Source: Telmatocola sphagniphila (lineage in GTDB: Bacteria > Planctomycetota > Planctomycetia > Gemmatales > Gemmataceae). Taken from it: a stretch of DNA of 32,000 bases. Below are positions 1 to 9,954 of this stretch, piece after piece. A program made the position numbers and the translations under genes. Positions within the stretch are counted from its first letter, which is position 1, and each line of letters opens with the position of its first letter. Below the pieces are notes generated by a model. That model saw nothing but the letters and a program-made list of their open reading frames with translations. It was not told the DNA's origin and made no database searches. Where the stretch lies: positions 840,001 to 872,000 of the forward strand of contig NZ_CP074694.1 of the NCBI RefSeq assembly GCF_018398935.1. The letters run 5' to 3'.

Positions 1-1619
1 CGGCCCGGGATGCCCTGGCCCCTTTTGCCGAGCTCGAGAAAAGCCCCGAACACATTCACACCTACCGAATTTCCAATCTTTCGCTCTGGAATGCGGCCGC
101 GGCGGGATTAAGCGCGCCGGAAATGGTCGAAGTTCTTCGGCAATTCACCAAGTTTCCCCTCCCCTTAAACGTCCCGACAGACATTGAAGAAGTCGTCAGC
201 CGGTACGGCCGCATTAAACTGGTAAAGCACGATGAAAGCCATCTGAAGCTGATCTGCGAAGATAAGCCATTGCTAGAGGAAATCACTCGCCAGCCCAAAG
301 TCCGCCAGTATCTCGGAGAACGGGTAGATTCGGTCAGTTTCCTGGTAGATTCGGCGCATCGCGGGATCATCAAGCTGGCTTTGAACCAGATCGGCTATCC
401 CGCCGAGGATGTTGCAGGTTACGTCGAAGGCACCCCCATGGAGGTCGATATCATCCCGGTGATGAAATCGGGGCTGCCTTTTACGGTTCGCGATTACCAG
501 CGAGAATCGGCCGATACTTTTTACGCCGGCGGTGCAGCCCGAGGCGGCAGCGGCGTGATTGTTCTCCCCTGCGGTGCGGGCAAAACGATTGTCGGCATCG
601 TGGCCATGAGTCTGGTAAAAAGATCCACGCTCGTACTGACGACCAGTATCACGGCCGTGAAGCAATGGCACCGGGAAATCCTGGATAAAACCAACCTCCG
701 GGATAATCAAATCAGCGAATACACTGGTGAAACCAAGGAAATCAATGAGGTGACGATCGCGACCTACCAGATCGTTACTTATCGACCCGATAAAGATGAA
801 GACTTCCCGCACTTCAAGCTGTTCGAAGAGCGAGACTGGGGCCTGATCATCTATGACGAAGTCCACTTGCTCCCCGCCCCGGTTTTCCGGGTGACGGCGC
901 AAATTCAGGCTCGACGTCGGCTGGGTCTGACAGCCACTCTGGTGCGGGAGGATGGTCGGGAAGGGGATGTTTTCAGTCTCATCGGCCCCAAAAAATACGA
1001 TGTCCCCTGGCGGGAACTGGAACAGAAGGGCTGGATAGCCACGGCCAGTTGTACCGAAATCCGCATTGCGCTGCCGGAATCGGTGCGCATGGAATATGCC
1101 GTAGCCGAGTGGCGCGACAAATACCGCATAGCCAGCGAAAATCCGGCAAAACTGGATATCTGCGACATCTTACTGCAGCGATATAAGGAACAGCGGGTTC
1201 TGATCATCGGCCAGTATCTCAAGCAGCTGCGCGATATCAGTAAGCGCTTCGAGATTCCCATCATCACCGGGCAGACCCCCAACGGCGAGCGGGAAGAACT
1301 CTATCGCAAATTCCGTTTCGGCGAGCAGCGGCACCTCGTCCTCTCGAAAGTCGGCAACTTTGCCATCGACCTGCCCGACGCCAATGTCTTGATTCAAGTT
1401 TCCGGAACTTTCGGCTCCCGGCAGGAGGAAGCCCAGCGACTCGGGCGAATTCTCCGACCCAAGACCAACGGGGAGGATGCTCATTTTTATTCCATCGTAA
1501 CCCGGGATACTCGCGAGCTGGATTTTGCCCAGCATCGCCAGCTTTTTTTGACGGAGCAAGGCTACAGCTACGAAATCAAGGACGCCGCCGAGATGATGGT
1601 TACGGATAGCCCGGGTTAA
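1..1619 (+). CDS. XPB/ERCC3-like SF2 DNA repair helicase (5' end off window)
   Basis: The ORF-track ORF is 123..1619, but the frame stays open back to base 3 (ARDALAPFAELEKSPEHIHTYRISNLSLWNAAAAGLSAPEM...), so the gene is 5' truncated by the window. Walker A-like LPCGAGKT, DEVH box (IIYDEVHLL), LGLTATLVRED, and a C-terminal helicase domain (FGSRQEEAQRLGRILR) match the XPB/Rad25 pattern. Confidence 0.85.
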   Translation, partial: ARDALAPFAELEKSPEHIHTYRISNLSLWNAAAAGLSAPEMVEVLRQFTKFPLPLNVPTDIEEVVSRYGRIKLVKHDESHLKLICEDKPLLEEITRQPKVRQYLGERVDSVSFLVDSAHRGIIKLALNQIGYPAEDVAGYVEGTPMEVDIIPVMKSGLPFTVRDYQRESADTFYAGGAARGGSGVIVLPCGAGKTIVGIVAMSLVKRSTLVLTTSITAVKQWHREILDKTNLRDNQISEYTGETKEINEVTIATYQIVTYRPDKDEDFPHFKLFEERDWGLIIYDEVHLLPAPVFRVTAQIQARRRLGLTATLVREDGREGDVFSLIGPKKYDVPWRELEQKGWIATASCTEIRIALPESVRMEYAVAEWRDKYRIASENPAKLDICDILLQRYKEQRVLIIGQYLKQLRDISKRFEIPIITGQTPNGEREELYRKFRFGEQRHLVLSKVGNFAIDLPDANVLIQVSGTFGSRQEEAQRLGRILRPKTNGEDAHFYSIVTRDTRELDFAQHRQLFLTEQGYSYEIKDAAEMMVTDSPG

Positions 1620-1687
1620 TCCGGGATTGTCGGAATTACAAAAATCGGTTACGCTCCTGCCTATAGGCCCAGTTGCAGGATGCACAC

Positions 1688-3232
1688 ATGAGTCGCACGG
1701 TTTGCTTCGTAATCTTTGTCTGCGCCGTTTTTTTCGCGAATTCCAACCCCATATTCGCCCAGCCCGATCAGATCAATCAGGCGATTCGATTGCAGAATGC
1801 GATCAAGTTGGGGCGCGAAGCCCTCACCCAAAAAAAGCCGCAGGAAGCGGTGCGAATTCTCGAAGAATCCATTCTCTTCGCCAATGGCCAAACGGCTTAT
1901 CTGGAACTGTTGCGCGATGCCTATATCGCGGCCATCAAGGAATCGCAGCTGAAAAACGGCAGCGATGAGATGATCGCCCACATTCGCAAGCAGTTGAAAA
2001 CGCTCGAACTATCCGTTGGCACGGGAGATGCCAAAAAGGGCGCGGTTGCGACTAAATCGGAAGAAGTCAGAACCCCATCGCCCGCGGATAAATCTGCTGA
2101 GACGATGAATCCGAAAGTTGATCTGCCTCCTTTAACCGTTGAAGATCCCAAGGTGGCGGAACCGGAAAAGAAAACCGAAGTTGCCAAAGTCGCCAAGGAA
2201 GTTTCGGCCCCTGCGGTCGATTCGGGGTTGCGACTTGACGCCGCCCGACTATTCGGGGCTCGCAAGTATCGGGAGGCCAGCGAGAAATTCGCGGCGATGG
2301 AAAAGAACTCGATTCCTTTGCGGGAAGATGAAAAGCAGTGCTGGGCCTTCTGTAGATTGGAAGTCGTTGCGGAGCGCTGGAAGGCCAATCTCGATAGTGA
2401 TCCCAGCGCTTCCAAAAACGAAGTTCTAACGGCGATGGCTCTGGGTGGCAAACCGGTGAAATCGTTCGGCGATGCCCTCCTGGAAAAGTTGTCGACCGTA
2501 GAAACACCCGTGACGGCCGATACCTTTGCGACTAGCGGACGGAACTTCGTCGTTCATTCGATATCCAAGCGATTGAAGGGCGAGGAAATCTCCCGCTACG
2601 CCGAGCAGTTGCGATCGCTGGCTCTGGAACGCTGGACGGGCAGTAAGGGAATCGATTGGAAAATTCCCTGTGAGATCTATCTGTACGAAACGGCCGAGGC
2701 GTATGCCCGGGCAACCGGTAAACCCGCTTCCCATCCGGGACATTCGACCGTGAAATTCGATGGGGGCAAGGTCGTCTCCCGCCGGATTGATTTGCATCTG
2801 GAGGCAAGCGAACTCTTTGAAGCGCAATTGCCCCGAGAAATTCACTATGTCGTGATGAGCGAATTATTTTCGGAAGAACCACTGCCGGTCTGGGCCGAAC
2901 TGGGTATGACGACGCTCGCCGAACCGGCGGCTCATCGGAGCCGGAATCGTCGAATGGCCGCACGTTTGATTGAGGAAAGAAAGCTCCTCAAACTGGAGAA
3001 AGTCTTTGAAGCCACGGCCTCTCCTAACGATTCTTCTGTTACCTCCTTTTACCTCGCTAGCGTCACGGTCGTCGATTATCTGGTGCGACTGAAAGGTTAT
3101 CGAACCTTCGTGGTATTTCTGCAGGAGTCTCCCCGCCGCGGCGTGGAGAAGAGTCTCAGTCAGCACTACGGCATTAAATCGCTTGCCGAACTGGAAAAAA
3201 AGTGGCAGGCCGATTTGTTGCGCGGCGAGTGA
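1688..3232 (+). CDS. secreted hypothetical protein with a C-terminal peptidase-MA-like (DUF1570-like) region that lacks HExxH
   Basis: 514-aa ORF. I prefer ATG 1688, with AGGA 7 nt upstream, over the TTG at 1673. N-terminal signal-like segment MSRTVCFVIFVCAVFFANSNPIFAQP. The middle is low-complexity and K/E/P-rich. The C-terminus (EIHYVVMSELF...PVWAELGMTTLAE) resembles the HExxH...W.EG.A layout, but the catalytic residues are replaced. Confidence 0.6.
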   Translation: MSRTVCFVIFVCAVFFANSNPIFAQPDQINQAIRLQNAIKLGREALTQKKPQEAVRILEESILFANGQTAYLELLRDAYIAAIKESQLKNGSDEMIAHIRKQLKTLELSVGTGDAKKGAVATKSEEVRTPSPADKSAETMNPKVDLPPLTVEDPKVAEPEKKTEVAKVAKEVSAPAVDSGLRLDAARLFGARKYREASEKFAAMEKNSIPLREDEKQCWAFCRLEVVAERWKANLDSDPSASKNEVLTAMALGGKPVKSFGDALLEKLSTVETPVTADTFATSGRNFVVHSISKRLKGEEISRYAEQLRSLALERWTGSKGIDWKIPCEIYLYETAEAYARATGKPASHPGHSTVKFDGGKVVSRRIDLHLEASELFEAQLPREIHYVVMSELFSEEPLPVWAELGMTTLAEPAAHRSRNRRMAARLIEERKLLKLEKVFEATASPNDSSVTSFYLASVTVVDYLVRLKGYRTFVVFLQESPRRGVEKSLSQHYGIKSLAELEKKWQADLLRGE

Positions 3233-3298
3233 GTTCTTGATGATCTGGGTTTCGGCCCTAAACTACCCGAACAGTTGATCCCCGCCTTGGAGTTTTGC

Positions 3299-4816
3299 AT
3301 GTCTTCTCCTGATTCCGGTTCGGGTAAAGGTTTTTCCTTAACCGAGTGGTTAGTGTTGCTGGTCGCCGTGATCGGCTTCGCCTTCGATATCTACGAATTA
3401 TTGATGCTGCCGGTGATCTCCGGTCCGGCCCTTTCGGAACTTCTCCGAGTGCCTCCGGAACATCCAGATATCTCCAAGTGGTTTGGCAGAATCAATGCCG
3501 CAGCTGCTATCAGTGGTGGCATTTTCGGTTTGTTAGGTGGGTACTTGATCGACCGTTTTGGCAGAAAGCGAATTCTGGGATTAAGTATTCTCGTCTATGG
3601 AGTTTCGCCTGTACTCGCGGCTTTTAGTACCTCCCCAATCGAATTATTGATCTTCCGATGCACGACCTTTATCGGAGTTTGCGTCGAATTCGTCGCGGCG
3701 GTAGCCTGGTTGGCAGAACTCTTCCCGGAGCCCAAAAAGCGAGAGTCCGTTCTGGGCATCACCCAGGCCTTCTCCTCCATTGGTGGGTTGATGGTCTCCG
3801 GAATGAGTTTACTACTCACTCGGCATGGATCATCCTTACCTGCATTGCCAATTGATCCTCCTTTCGATCCTCACGCGGCTTGGCGTTATACGCTTATCAG
3901 CGGTTTAATTCCGGCTATTCCCATTGCTATCATTTTGCCATTCCTACCCGAATCACCGGTATGGAGGCAAAGAAAAGCAGAAGGGAAATTGAAGCGGCCT
4001 AGCATTGGAGAATTGTTTACTCCGGCGCTTCGAAGAACGACGATTATCACAACGATCTTGTTCGCTTGCGCTTATGGGGCTGCTTTTGGGGCGATCCAAC
4101 TAACTCCTGTTCAGATCGCTCCCGGTGTCCCCGAACTGGCGGAACAGAGAAAAGGTCTTGCCCCACTCCGAACTCAGGCATCAGAACTCTACAAGAAATT
4201 CGATGCAACCGAACCGAACAGCGATGCTCGCCAGGAAGCATTAGCTCAAATCAAAGGTAATTTGAAGGAGCAGAGAACCTTCAGTGCACCGATCAACGAG
4301 TTTCGTTCGACAGCGCAGCTCTGGCAGGAAATGGGCGGCCTGGTGGGGCGGGTCATTTTTGCGGCAATTGCCATCGTAATCCTTTCCCGTCGGGCGCAGC
4401 TTCGAATGTTCTTGATCCCTGGATTGGCCATCATTCCCTGGTTCTTCTTCATGGGGTCTCAGCAAAGCTCGGATATGCTGTTGTTCGGTATTGGGGCCGC
4501 CGCGCTCGTTACGGTGGCACAACTCAGTTATCTTGGGAATTATTTACCTGCGGCCTACCCGGTTCACTTACGTGGTACAGCGGGAGGATTTACAGCTAAT
4601 GTCGGAGGTCGAATGATTGGCGGGATGATGAGTTTCGTCACAACTGGAGTCATTCTCGCCGAAGTTAAGGGGTATCTGCCTCAAGGAACGACCCCATTCA
4701 AAATAGCTGCTTTTTCCGCGGGAATAATGGGCACCCTAATGTTCTTGATTGCTTTGATCGCCTCTTTTTTCCTGCCGGAACCTAAAGCAACTGAAACGGA
4801 ACTAAACGCCAAATAA
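3299..4816 (+). CDS. MFS transporter
   Basis: About 12 hydrophobic segments. MFS signature loop GGYLIDRFGRKR lies between TM2 and TM3. There is a long central cytoplasmic loop. ATG 3299 has GGAG 7 nt upstream; the ORF-track start at 3275 is TTG. Confidence 0.8.
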   Translation: MSSPDSGSGKGFSLTEWLVLLVAVIGFAFDIYELLMLPVISGPALSELLRVPPEHPDISKWFGRINAAAAISGGIFGLLGGYLIDRFGRKRILGLSILVYGVSPVLAAFSTSPIELLIFRCTTFIGVCVEFVAAVAWLAELFPEPKKRESVLGITQAFSSIGGLMVSGMSLLLTRHGSSLPALPIDPPFDPHAAWRYTLISGLIPAIPIAIILPFLPESPVWRQRKAEGKLKRPSIGELFTPALRRTTIITTILFACAYGAAFGAIQLTPVQIAPGVPELAEQRKGLAPLRTQASELYKKFDATEPNSDARQEALAQIKGNLKEQRTFSAPINEFRSTAQLWQEMGGLVGRVIFAAIAIVILSRRAQLRMFLIPGLAIIPWFFFMGSQQSSDMLLFGIGAAALVTVAQLSYLGNYLPAAYPVHLRGTAGGFTANVGGRMIGGMMSFVTTGVILAEVKGYLPQGTTPFKIAAFSAGIMGTLMFLIALIASFFLPEPKATETELNAK

Positions 4817-4826
4817 GCTTATCGAA

Positions 4827-4853
4827 CAGTGAAGTCCCACTTGGACTTCACTG
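4827..4853 (+). terminator. perfect 11-bp stem / 5-nt loop hairpin after the MFS gene (no U tract)
   Basis: CAGTGAAGTCC-cactt-GGACTTCACTG lies 10 nt after the stop at 4816. No T run follows it. Confidence 0.4.
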
Positions 4854-4925
4854 ATTCTCCGGTTGCCTTCTTGTCTCAATTGCTGCCCTGCATAGCCTAC
4901 CTTTCTTCCGACTCTCCTCACTTTC

Positions 4926-6539
4926 ATGGAGCTCTTTATGCGTTGGCGTGGCCTTTACGCTTTGGCAATCCTCACTTTTTCCGGTCTGGCTTATGCCCGG
5001 GCCGAGGTGAAACCGCATGCCTTGTTTACCGATCATATGGTCCTGCAGCAGGGAAAAAAGATTCCCGTCTGGGGAACTGCTACAGGCGATGCGAAAATCA
5101 CCGTCAGTATTAACGGCAAAGACTACAGCACGACCGCTGCCAAAGGCAGCTGGAAAGTGGAAATCGATCCCGTGCCTGTAGGTGGCCCTTACGAATTGAA
5201 GATCACATCCACGGAAGACGGAAAAACGACTACCCAAACTCTGAAAGATGTTCTGGTCGGGGAAGTTTGGGTTTGCTCCGGTCAATCGAATATGGAAATG
5301 TCTTTGGGCTCGTGCCACGAAGCCGACAAGTCCATTCAGGATTCCACTAACGATAAGATTCGTTTGTTCACCGTTACCAAGAACACCTCAGAAACTCCTT
5401 TGAAAACTTTCAAAGGCGGCCCTACTGAAGATCACACCTGGGTTGAATGCAATCCAAAAAACACCCCGCGATTCAGCGGCGTGGCTTACTACTTCGGCAG
5501 CAAACTGCAAAAAGAACTCGGCGTTCCGGTAGGTCTCATCCACACCAGTTGGGGTGGTACCCCAGCCGAAGCCTGGACTTCCAAGGAATCGCTCGATGCA
5601 GTTCCCGCTCTGAAGCACTATCACGAAAATCTCGATAAGCGGATTGCCGCGTTCGATCCCGAAAAGGCCGAGGAAGATTACAAAAAAGCGATGGAAAAAT
5701 ACGAGGCCGATCTGGCGAAAGTAAAAGCCGAGAATGAAGGCAAAGAAAAGAAGGATCAGAAGCCGGAACCGCGTAAACCGAACAAACGTCAGAAACCGGG
5801 CCAGGGTCCGAATGATCCCAGCCGTTTGTACAACGCCATGATTCATCCCTTGCTGCCATTCCCGGTCGCCGGAGCGATCTGGTACCAGGGGGAATCGAAC
5901 GCGGGCCGGGCTTACGAGTATCGCACTTTGATGCCGACGTTGATTTCCGACTGGCGCAAAGCCTGGAATAGCGACCTGCCATTTTTCATGGTGCAACTGG
6001 CCCCGTTCACCAAAATCGTCTCCAAGCCGGGGCCGAGCAACTGGGCGGAACTTCGCGAAGCTCAACTGCTGACGACCAAGGCCTTACCTAAAGTCGGTAT
6101 TGCCGTGATTACCGACGTGGGAGATGAAGTCGATATTCACCCCAAGAAGAAACAACCGGTCGGCGAACGACTGGCCATTTCTGCTTTGAACATCGCTTAC
6201 GGAAAATCGGTCGAACCGATTGGCCCTGAGTACAAGTCGTTCAAGATCGAGGGTTCGAAAATCGTTTTGAGCTTCGATCACCTGGGTGGTGGACTGGAAT
6301 GCAAAGAGGACAAACTCATGGGCTTCAGCATTTGCGGAGACGATCACAAGTTCGTCGATGCGGACGCCAAGATTGAAGGCGATCATGTCGTCGTCTGGTC
6401 GGATACGGTATCCAAGCCGGTGGCCGTGCGATACGGCTGGGCGAATTATCCGGTGGTGAATCTCTGGGGCAAATCGGGCCTGCCGGCCACACCGTTCCGG
6501 ACCGATGAATTCCCGGAAACGACCTGGCCCAAGAAGTAA
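4926..6539 (+). CDS. sialate O-acetylesterase-like (SASA / SGNH-type) secreted esterase
   Basis: Signal-like N-terminus (WRGLYALAILTFSGLAYARA). Motifs GEVWVCSGQSNME and AIWYQGESNAG are typical of the SASA 9-O-acetylesterase family. A K/E-rich linker lies between the catalytic halves. Confidence 0.8.
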   Translation: MELFMRWRGLYALAILTFSGLAYARAEVKPHALFTDHMVLQQGKKIPVWGTATGDAKITVSINGKDYSTTAAKGSWKVEIDPVPVGGPYELKITSTEDGKTTTQTLKDVLVGEVWVCSGQSNMEMSLGSCHEADKSIQDSTNDKIRLFTVTKNTSETPLKTFKGGPTEDHTWVECNPKNTPRFSGVAYYFGSKLQKELGVPVGLIHTSWGGTPAEAWTSKESLDAVPALKHYHENLDKRIAAFDPEKAEEDYKKAMEKYEADLAKVKAENEGKEKKDQKPEPRKPNKRQKPGQGPNDPSRLYNAMIHPLLPFPVAGAIWYQGESNAGRAYEYRTLMPTLISDWRKAWNSDLPFFMVQLAPFTKIVSKPGPSNWAELREAQLLTTKALPKVGIAVITDVGDEVDIHPKKKQPVGERLAISALNIAYGKSVEPIGPEYKSFKIEGSKIVLSFDHLGGGLECKEDKLMGFSICGDDHKFVDADAKIEGDHVVVWSDTVSKPVAVRYGWANYPVVNLWGKSGLPATPFRTDEFPETTWPKK

Positions 6540-6552
6540 TTCTGATTTTTTT

Positions 6553-6578
6553 CGCAAGGGAGTCGCTACTCCCTTGCG
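6553..6578. terminator. perfect 11-bp hairpin between convergent genes
   Basis: CGCAAGGGAGT-cgct-ACTCCCTTGCG sits between the stop at 6539 (+) and the stop at 6586 (-). A T7 run lies 5' of it on the + strand, so neither strand has a canonical 3' U tract. Confidence 0.45.
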
Positions 6579-6585
6579 GATTGCT

Positions 6586-7443
6586 TCAAATGTTCAAGTC
6601 GTCAACGTCGCTCAGGATGGCCGGTTTGCCGAACTGGCTCAAATCGACATTGCCGCGCATTTCCCCCTCCATCAGCTTAAGTCGAGTTTCCAGTTCGCGG
6701 ACTTTCTGAACCATCTGATCGAGTTTGGTCGATTCATCGTCGCGCTGTTTCGGCCGGGGCACTTCAGGATAGCCTAACTGTCGTTGCAATGCCGCGAAGA
6801 GAAACAGGGGATCCCGGCCGATGCTAGCCCGGGCAATTTTTCCCTCTTTTTCTCCGAATAAGGGAGCGATGGAGGGGACAAAGGTGGCATCGTTCTTCTT
6901 CTGATTGGTCACATAGTTTTCGCTACGCAGATAAACCAGTTCCGAAAATTCAAAAAGACCGACCGAGCGACGGACGGTTCGAAAATAATCCTTCCAGTTG
7001 TCGTTAAAAATTGGATCCATTTCCATGGCTCGCAAGCCATCGTCATAGCCCAGACGATTGCGGCAAATGGTTTCGAACTGATAGACGAACAACCCGGCGG
7101 GGGTCGGATTATTGGACCGATAGACCGCTTCCCGTTCCAGGACAATCAACGCGGTCAAAGTACTGAACCGGCGGTTTTCCTGTTCCGATTGCTTGACCAT
7201 GAATGTCTGAAAGGGAGTGAAATAGTGACCCAGACGATCGAAACCGCTCGACAGCAAGCCGGTGTGCTTGATCTCGGTGGCCAAAAATTGAATGGCCATC
7301 GGCAGACGGGTAGTGGTCAGTATTTCCTCGTGAAGTCGATTCAGAATCTCCTGGGCCGGGAGGTTCTCCAGCATGCGCTCCCGGAAGACCCGGAAGAAGT
7401 AGGCTTGCTCGATATATTCTTCGCGTTCGAGTATCTGATTCAT
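6586..7443 (-). CDS. hypothetical protein (unknown family), C-terminal coiled-coil-like tail
   Basis: The ORF-track ORF 6586..7617 would overlap glgX. The internal ATG at 7443 (MNQILEREEYIEQAYFF...) leaves a 38-bp gap to the glgX stop at 7482. The sequence looks like coding and has no motif I recognise. Confidence 0.65.
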   Translation of the reverse strand: MNQILEREEYIEQAYFFRVFRERMLENLPAQEILNRLHEEILTTTRLPMAIQFLATEIKHTGLLSSGFDRLGHYFTPFQTFMVKQSEQENRRFSTLTALIVLEREAVYRSNNPTPAGLFVYQFETICRNRLGYDDGLRAMEMDPIFNDNWKDYFRTVRRSVGLFEFSELVYLRSENYVTNQKKNDATFVPSIAPLFGEKEGKIARASIGRDPLFLFAALQRQLGYPEVPRPKQRDDESTKLDQMVQKVRELETRLKLMEGEMRGNVDLSQFGKPAILSDVDDLNI

Positions 7444-7481
7444 GGACCCTGTTTTCGGAAAATCGCAAGTAGCGTTTAGCG

Positions 7482-9674
7482 TTACCCTTCGGATACCAAA
7501 ATCAGTATCGCATGGGGCGGCACGGAGTAAATAGAACCGGGCGGCACTTCCGGTCCGGTGTTTTCCGCAACGAAATCGAGGGGCGACTCCAGGGAAGTAT
7601 CTGCCACTCTGCGCCACTTTCGTCGAGTGGGCGAGGGCGGAATTTTAAATCGGCAAATATCATTCGAGGCATTCATCGCAACATAAAAATCGCTATCGAC
7701 CATATACTCGGGGTCGGTTTCCCGGCCGGTCATTCGTCCATCCAGCGTGAACGCCAGGAAGTTGGAGGCCGTGTTGAAGTTGGGCAGATTCGGCTCCAGC
7801 CCATGCCACACGATATCAGAAATCTTCTCGCCCCGCCAGTTGTTGGGTACGGAATTGCCGAAGCGCGACCAATCGGAGGTGATTTCCCCTTTGAAGAAGC
7901 GCGGTCGATGCAAAACCGGGTGTCGCTTGCGCAAGTGAATCATCTCGCGGGTAAAGCGGAGAAAATCCTTGTTCTTCTCGGCCAGGGTCCAATCGACCCA
8001 GGAAATTTCATTATCCTGACACCAGGCGTTATTGTTCCCTTTTTGCGTTCGTAAGAATTCATCCCCCGCCAGGATCATCGGGACACCCTGCGAAAGCAGC
8101 ATCGTGGCCATCAGATTTTTTGCCTGCCGAATTCTCAGGTGATTGATCTCGGGATTGTTAGATGGTCCCTCTTCACCGCAATTCCAGGAATAATTTTCAT
8201 CCATGCCATCGTAATTATTCTCGCCGTTGGCCAGATTGTGCTTGCGGTTGTAGCTCACCAGATCGTTGAGTGTGAACCCATCGTGACAGGTCACATAGTT
8301 GATGGAGTGCAGGGGACTGCGCTGATTCCATTCGTAAACATCGGCACTGCCGCATATGCGACTGGCGAGTAATCCCGCCAGGCCATCGCCGCGCCAGAAC
8401 CGGCGGACATCATCGCGATATTTGCCGTTCCATTCTTGCCAACGATGCCCGAAAGGGAAGTGACCCACCTGATACAATCCGGCGGCATCCCAAGGTTCCG
8501 CGATGAGTTTGCAATCGGCCAGAATGCCATCCTCGGTGATCATTTCCAGAATCGGCGGTTCCAGCAGTACGTTACCGAATTTATCCCGGCCGAAGATCGA
8601 AGCCAAATCGAACCGGAAGCCATCGACGTGCATATTGCCCACCCAATGGCGCAGGCAGTTCATAATTAATTCCCGAACCACGGGATGGTTACAGTTGAGG
8701 GTGTTCCCGCAGCCGGTAAAGTTGAGAAATTTCTTGCCGTCGGGCGACATCAGGTAGTAAAGCGAGTTATCGAGACCCCGGAAAGAATAAGTGCGACCCC
8801 GGTCGTCTCCTTCCCCCGTATGGTTGAACACGACATCCAGAATGACTTCGATGCCCGCCGCATGAAAGGCCTTTACTAGATCTCGAAATTCGGCCAATTG
8901 GCCATATTCATTCGCCCGGGCGGCATAGGCTGCTTTGGGGGCGGCGAAGGCCAGCGTGTTGTAACCCCAGAAATTCCGGTTTCGCTCCTTGGTTTCCGGA
9001 TTGATAAACGGGCAATCGCATTCATCGAATTCGTGGATGGGTAACAATTCCACGGCCGTTACGCCCAGCCATTGCAGATAAGGAATTTTTTCGATCAAGC
9101 CGCTGAAGGTACCCGAGTTCTGAACTTTTGAGGAAGGATGGCAGGTGAAACCCCGAACATGCAGTTCGTAGATGATCGATTCGTCCTGAGGAATGCGCGG
9201 CGGATGGTCGTCGGCCCAGTCGTAGCGAGGCGATCTGTGAAATACGCTGCGTCGCCCGGTGCGTTCCCGGTCGGTCTCGCAAGTACCGGCCCAGACGGCG
9301 CCTTCGGAAAGAATCGTGGCCGCCGGATCGAGCAGAATTCTTTTCGGATTGAAGCGGTGTCCATTTCCATCGGGTCCGGAGACTCGCCAGCCGTAGCGAA
9401 AGTCGAGAGGCAAACCTTTGACAAGAACGTGCCAATGATCACCAGTTCGGTGAAATTGGGGATGAAGTTCGATTTCCGCGAGAGGAATTTCACTTCCTTC
9501 CAGGGGCAGCAGAACTAAGGTGACGGCCACGCCATGTCTGCACAAAAGACAAAAATTAATTCCATCCAGAGAGGTGGAAACGCCCAGTGGCATCGCTCGT
9601 CCCCGGGCCACGGCATAACGCGTGTCCGGAGTTGTTCTAACGGTCTCTGGGGAGAGCGGGGTTGTATCTGCCAT
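7482..9674 (-). CDS. glgX: glycogen debranching enzyme (isoamylase-type GH13)
   Basis: 730 aa. GH13 conserved regions are present: VILDVVFNHT, GFRFDLASI, LIAEPWD, YVTCHDGFTLNDLVSY. It also has an N-terminal E-set-like domain typical of GlgX/TreX. Confidence 0.9.
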   Translation of the reverse strand: MADTTPLSPETVRTTPDTRYAVARGRAMPLGVSTSLDGINFCLLCRHGVAVTLVLLPLEGSEIPLAEIELHPQFHRTGDHWHVLVKGLPLDFRYGWRVSGPDGNGHRFNPKRILLDPAATILSEGAVWAGTCETDRERTGRRSVFHRSPRYDWADDHPPRIPQDESIIYELHVRGFTCHPSSKVQNSGTFSGLIEKIPYLQWLGVTAVELLPIHEFDECDCPFINPETKERNRNFWGYNTLAFAAPKAAYAARANEYGQLAEFRDLVKAFHAAGIEVILDVVFNHTGEGDDRGRTYSFRGLDNSLYYLMSPDGKKFLNFTGCGNTLNCNHPVVRELIMNCLRHWVGNMHVDGFRFDLASIFGRDKFGNVLLEPPILEMITEDGILADCKLIAEPWDAAGLYQVGHFPFGHRWQEWNGKYRDDVRRFWRGDGLAGLLASRICGSADVYEWNQRSPLHSINYVTCHDGFTLNDLVSYNRKHNLANGENNYDGMDENYSWNCGEEGPSNNPEINHLRIRQAKNLMATMLLSQGVPMILAGDEFLRTQKGNNNAWCQDNEISWVDWTLAEKNKDFLRFTREMIHLRKRHPVLHRPRFFKGEITSDWSRFGNSVPNNWRGEKISDIVWHGLEPNLPNFNTASNFLAFTLDGRMTGRETDPEYMVDSDFYVAMNASNDICRFKIPPSPTRRKWRRVADTSLESPLDFVAENTGPEVPPGSIYSVPPHAILILVSEG

Positions 9675-9954
9675 GGCACCTGCTTAAAATAAAGATCCGT
9701 AGGATGGCATAGAAAAAGTTTTTCAAAAACTCTAGCTATTTTTCTGGAACTCGCTAACATTCCGTCGTAGAAGTCTATTACTGGAACTCGGACGACACGT
9801 TTTTTCGATAATCCCGTGCAATGACTAATAGGTTTGACTCGTCTTTAAGGATAGTTATTCCTTTTTCGTGAAGGATTATTTACCCCAGTGTCGTTTAAAT
9901 CTCTCTAGGCATGAAAAAGCTTTAACTCATTTCCCATCTATTCGAGGATCGATT

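Noticed and set aside
7444-7617. N-terminal 58-aa extension of ORF 6586..7617
   Set aside because: It would overlap the 3' end of glgX by 136 bp, and its sequence looks atypical (Arg/Cys-rich). The internal ATG at 7443 gives a clean 38-bp intergenic gap.
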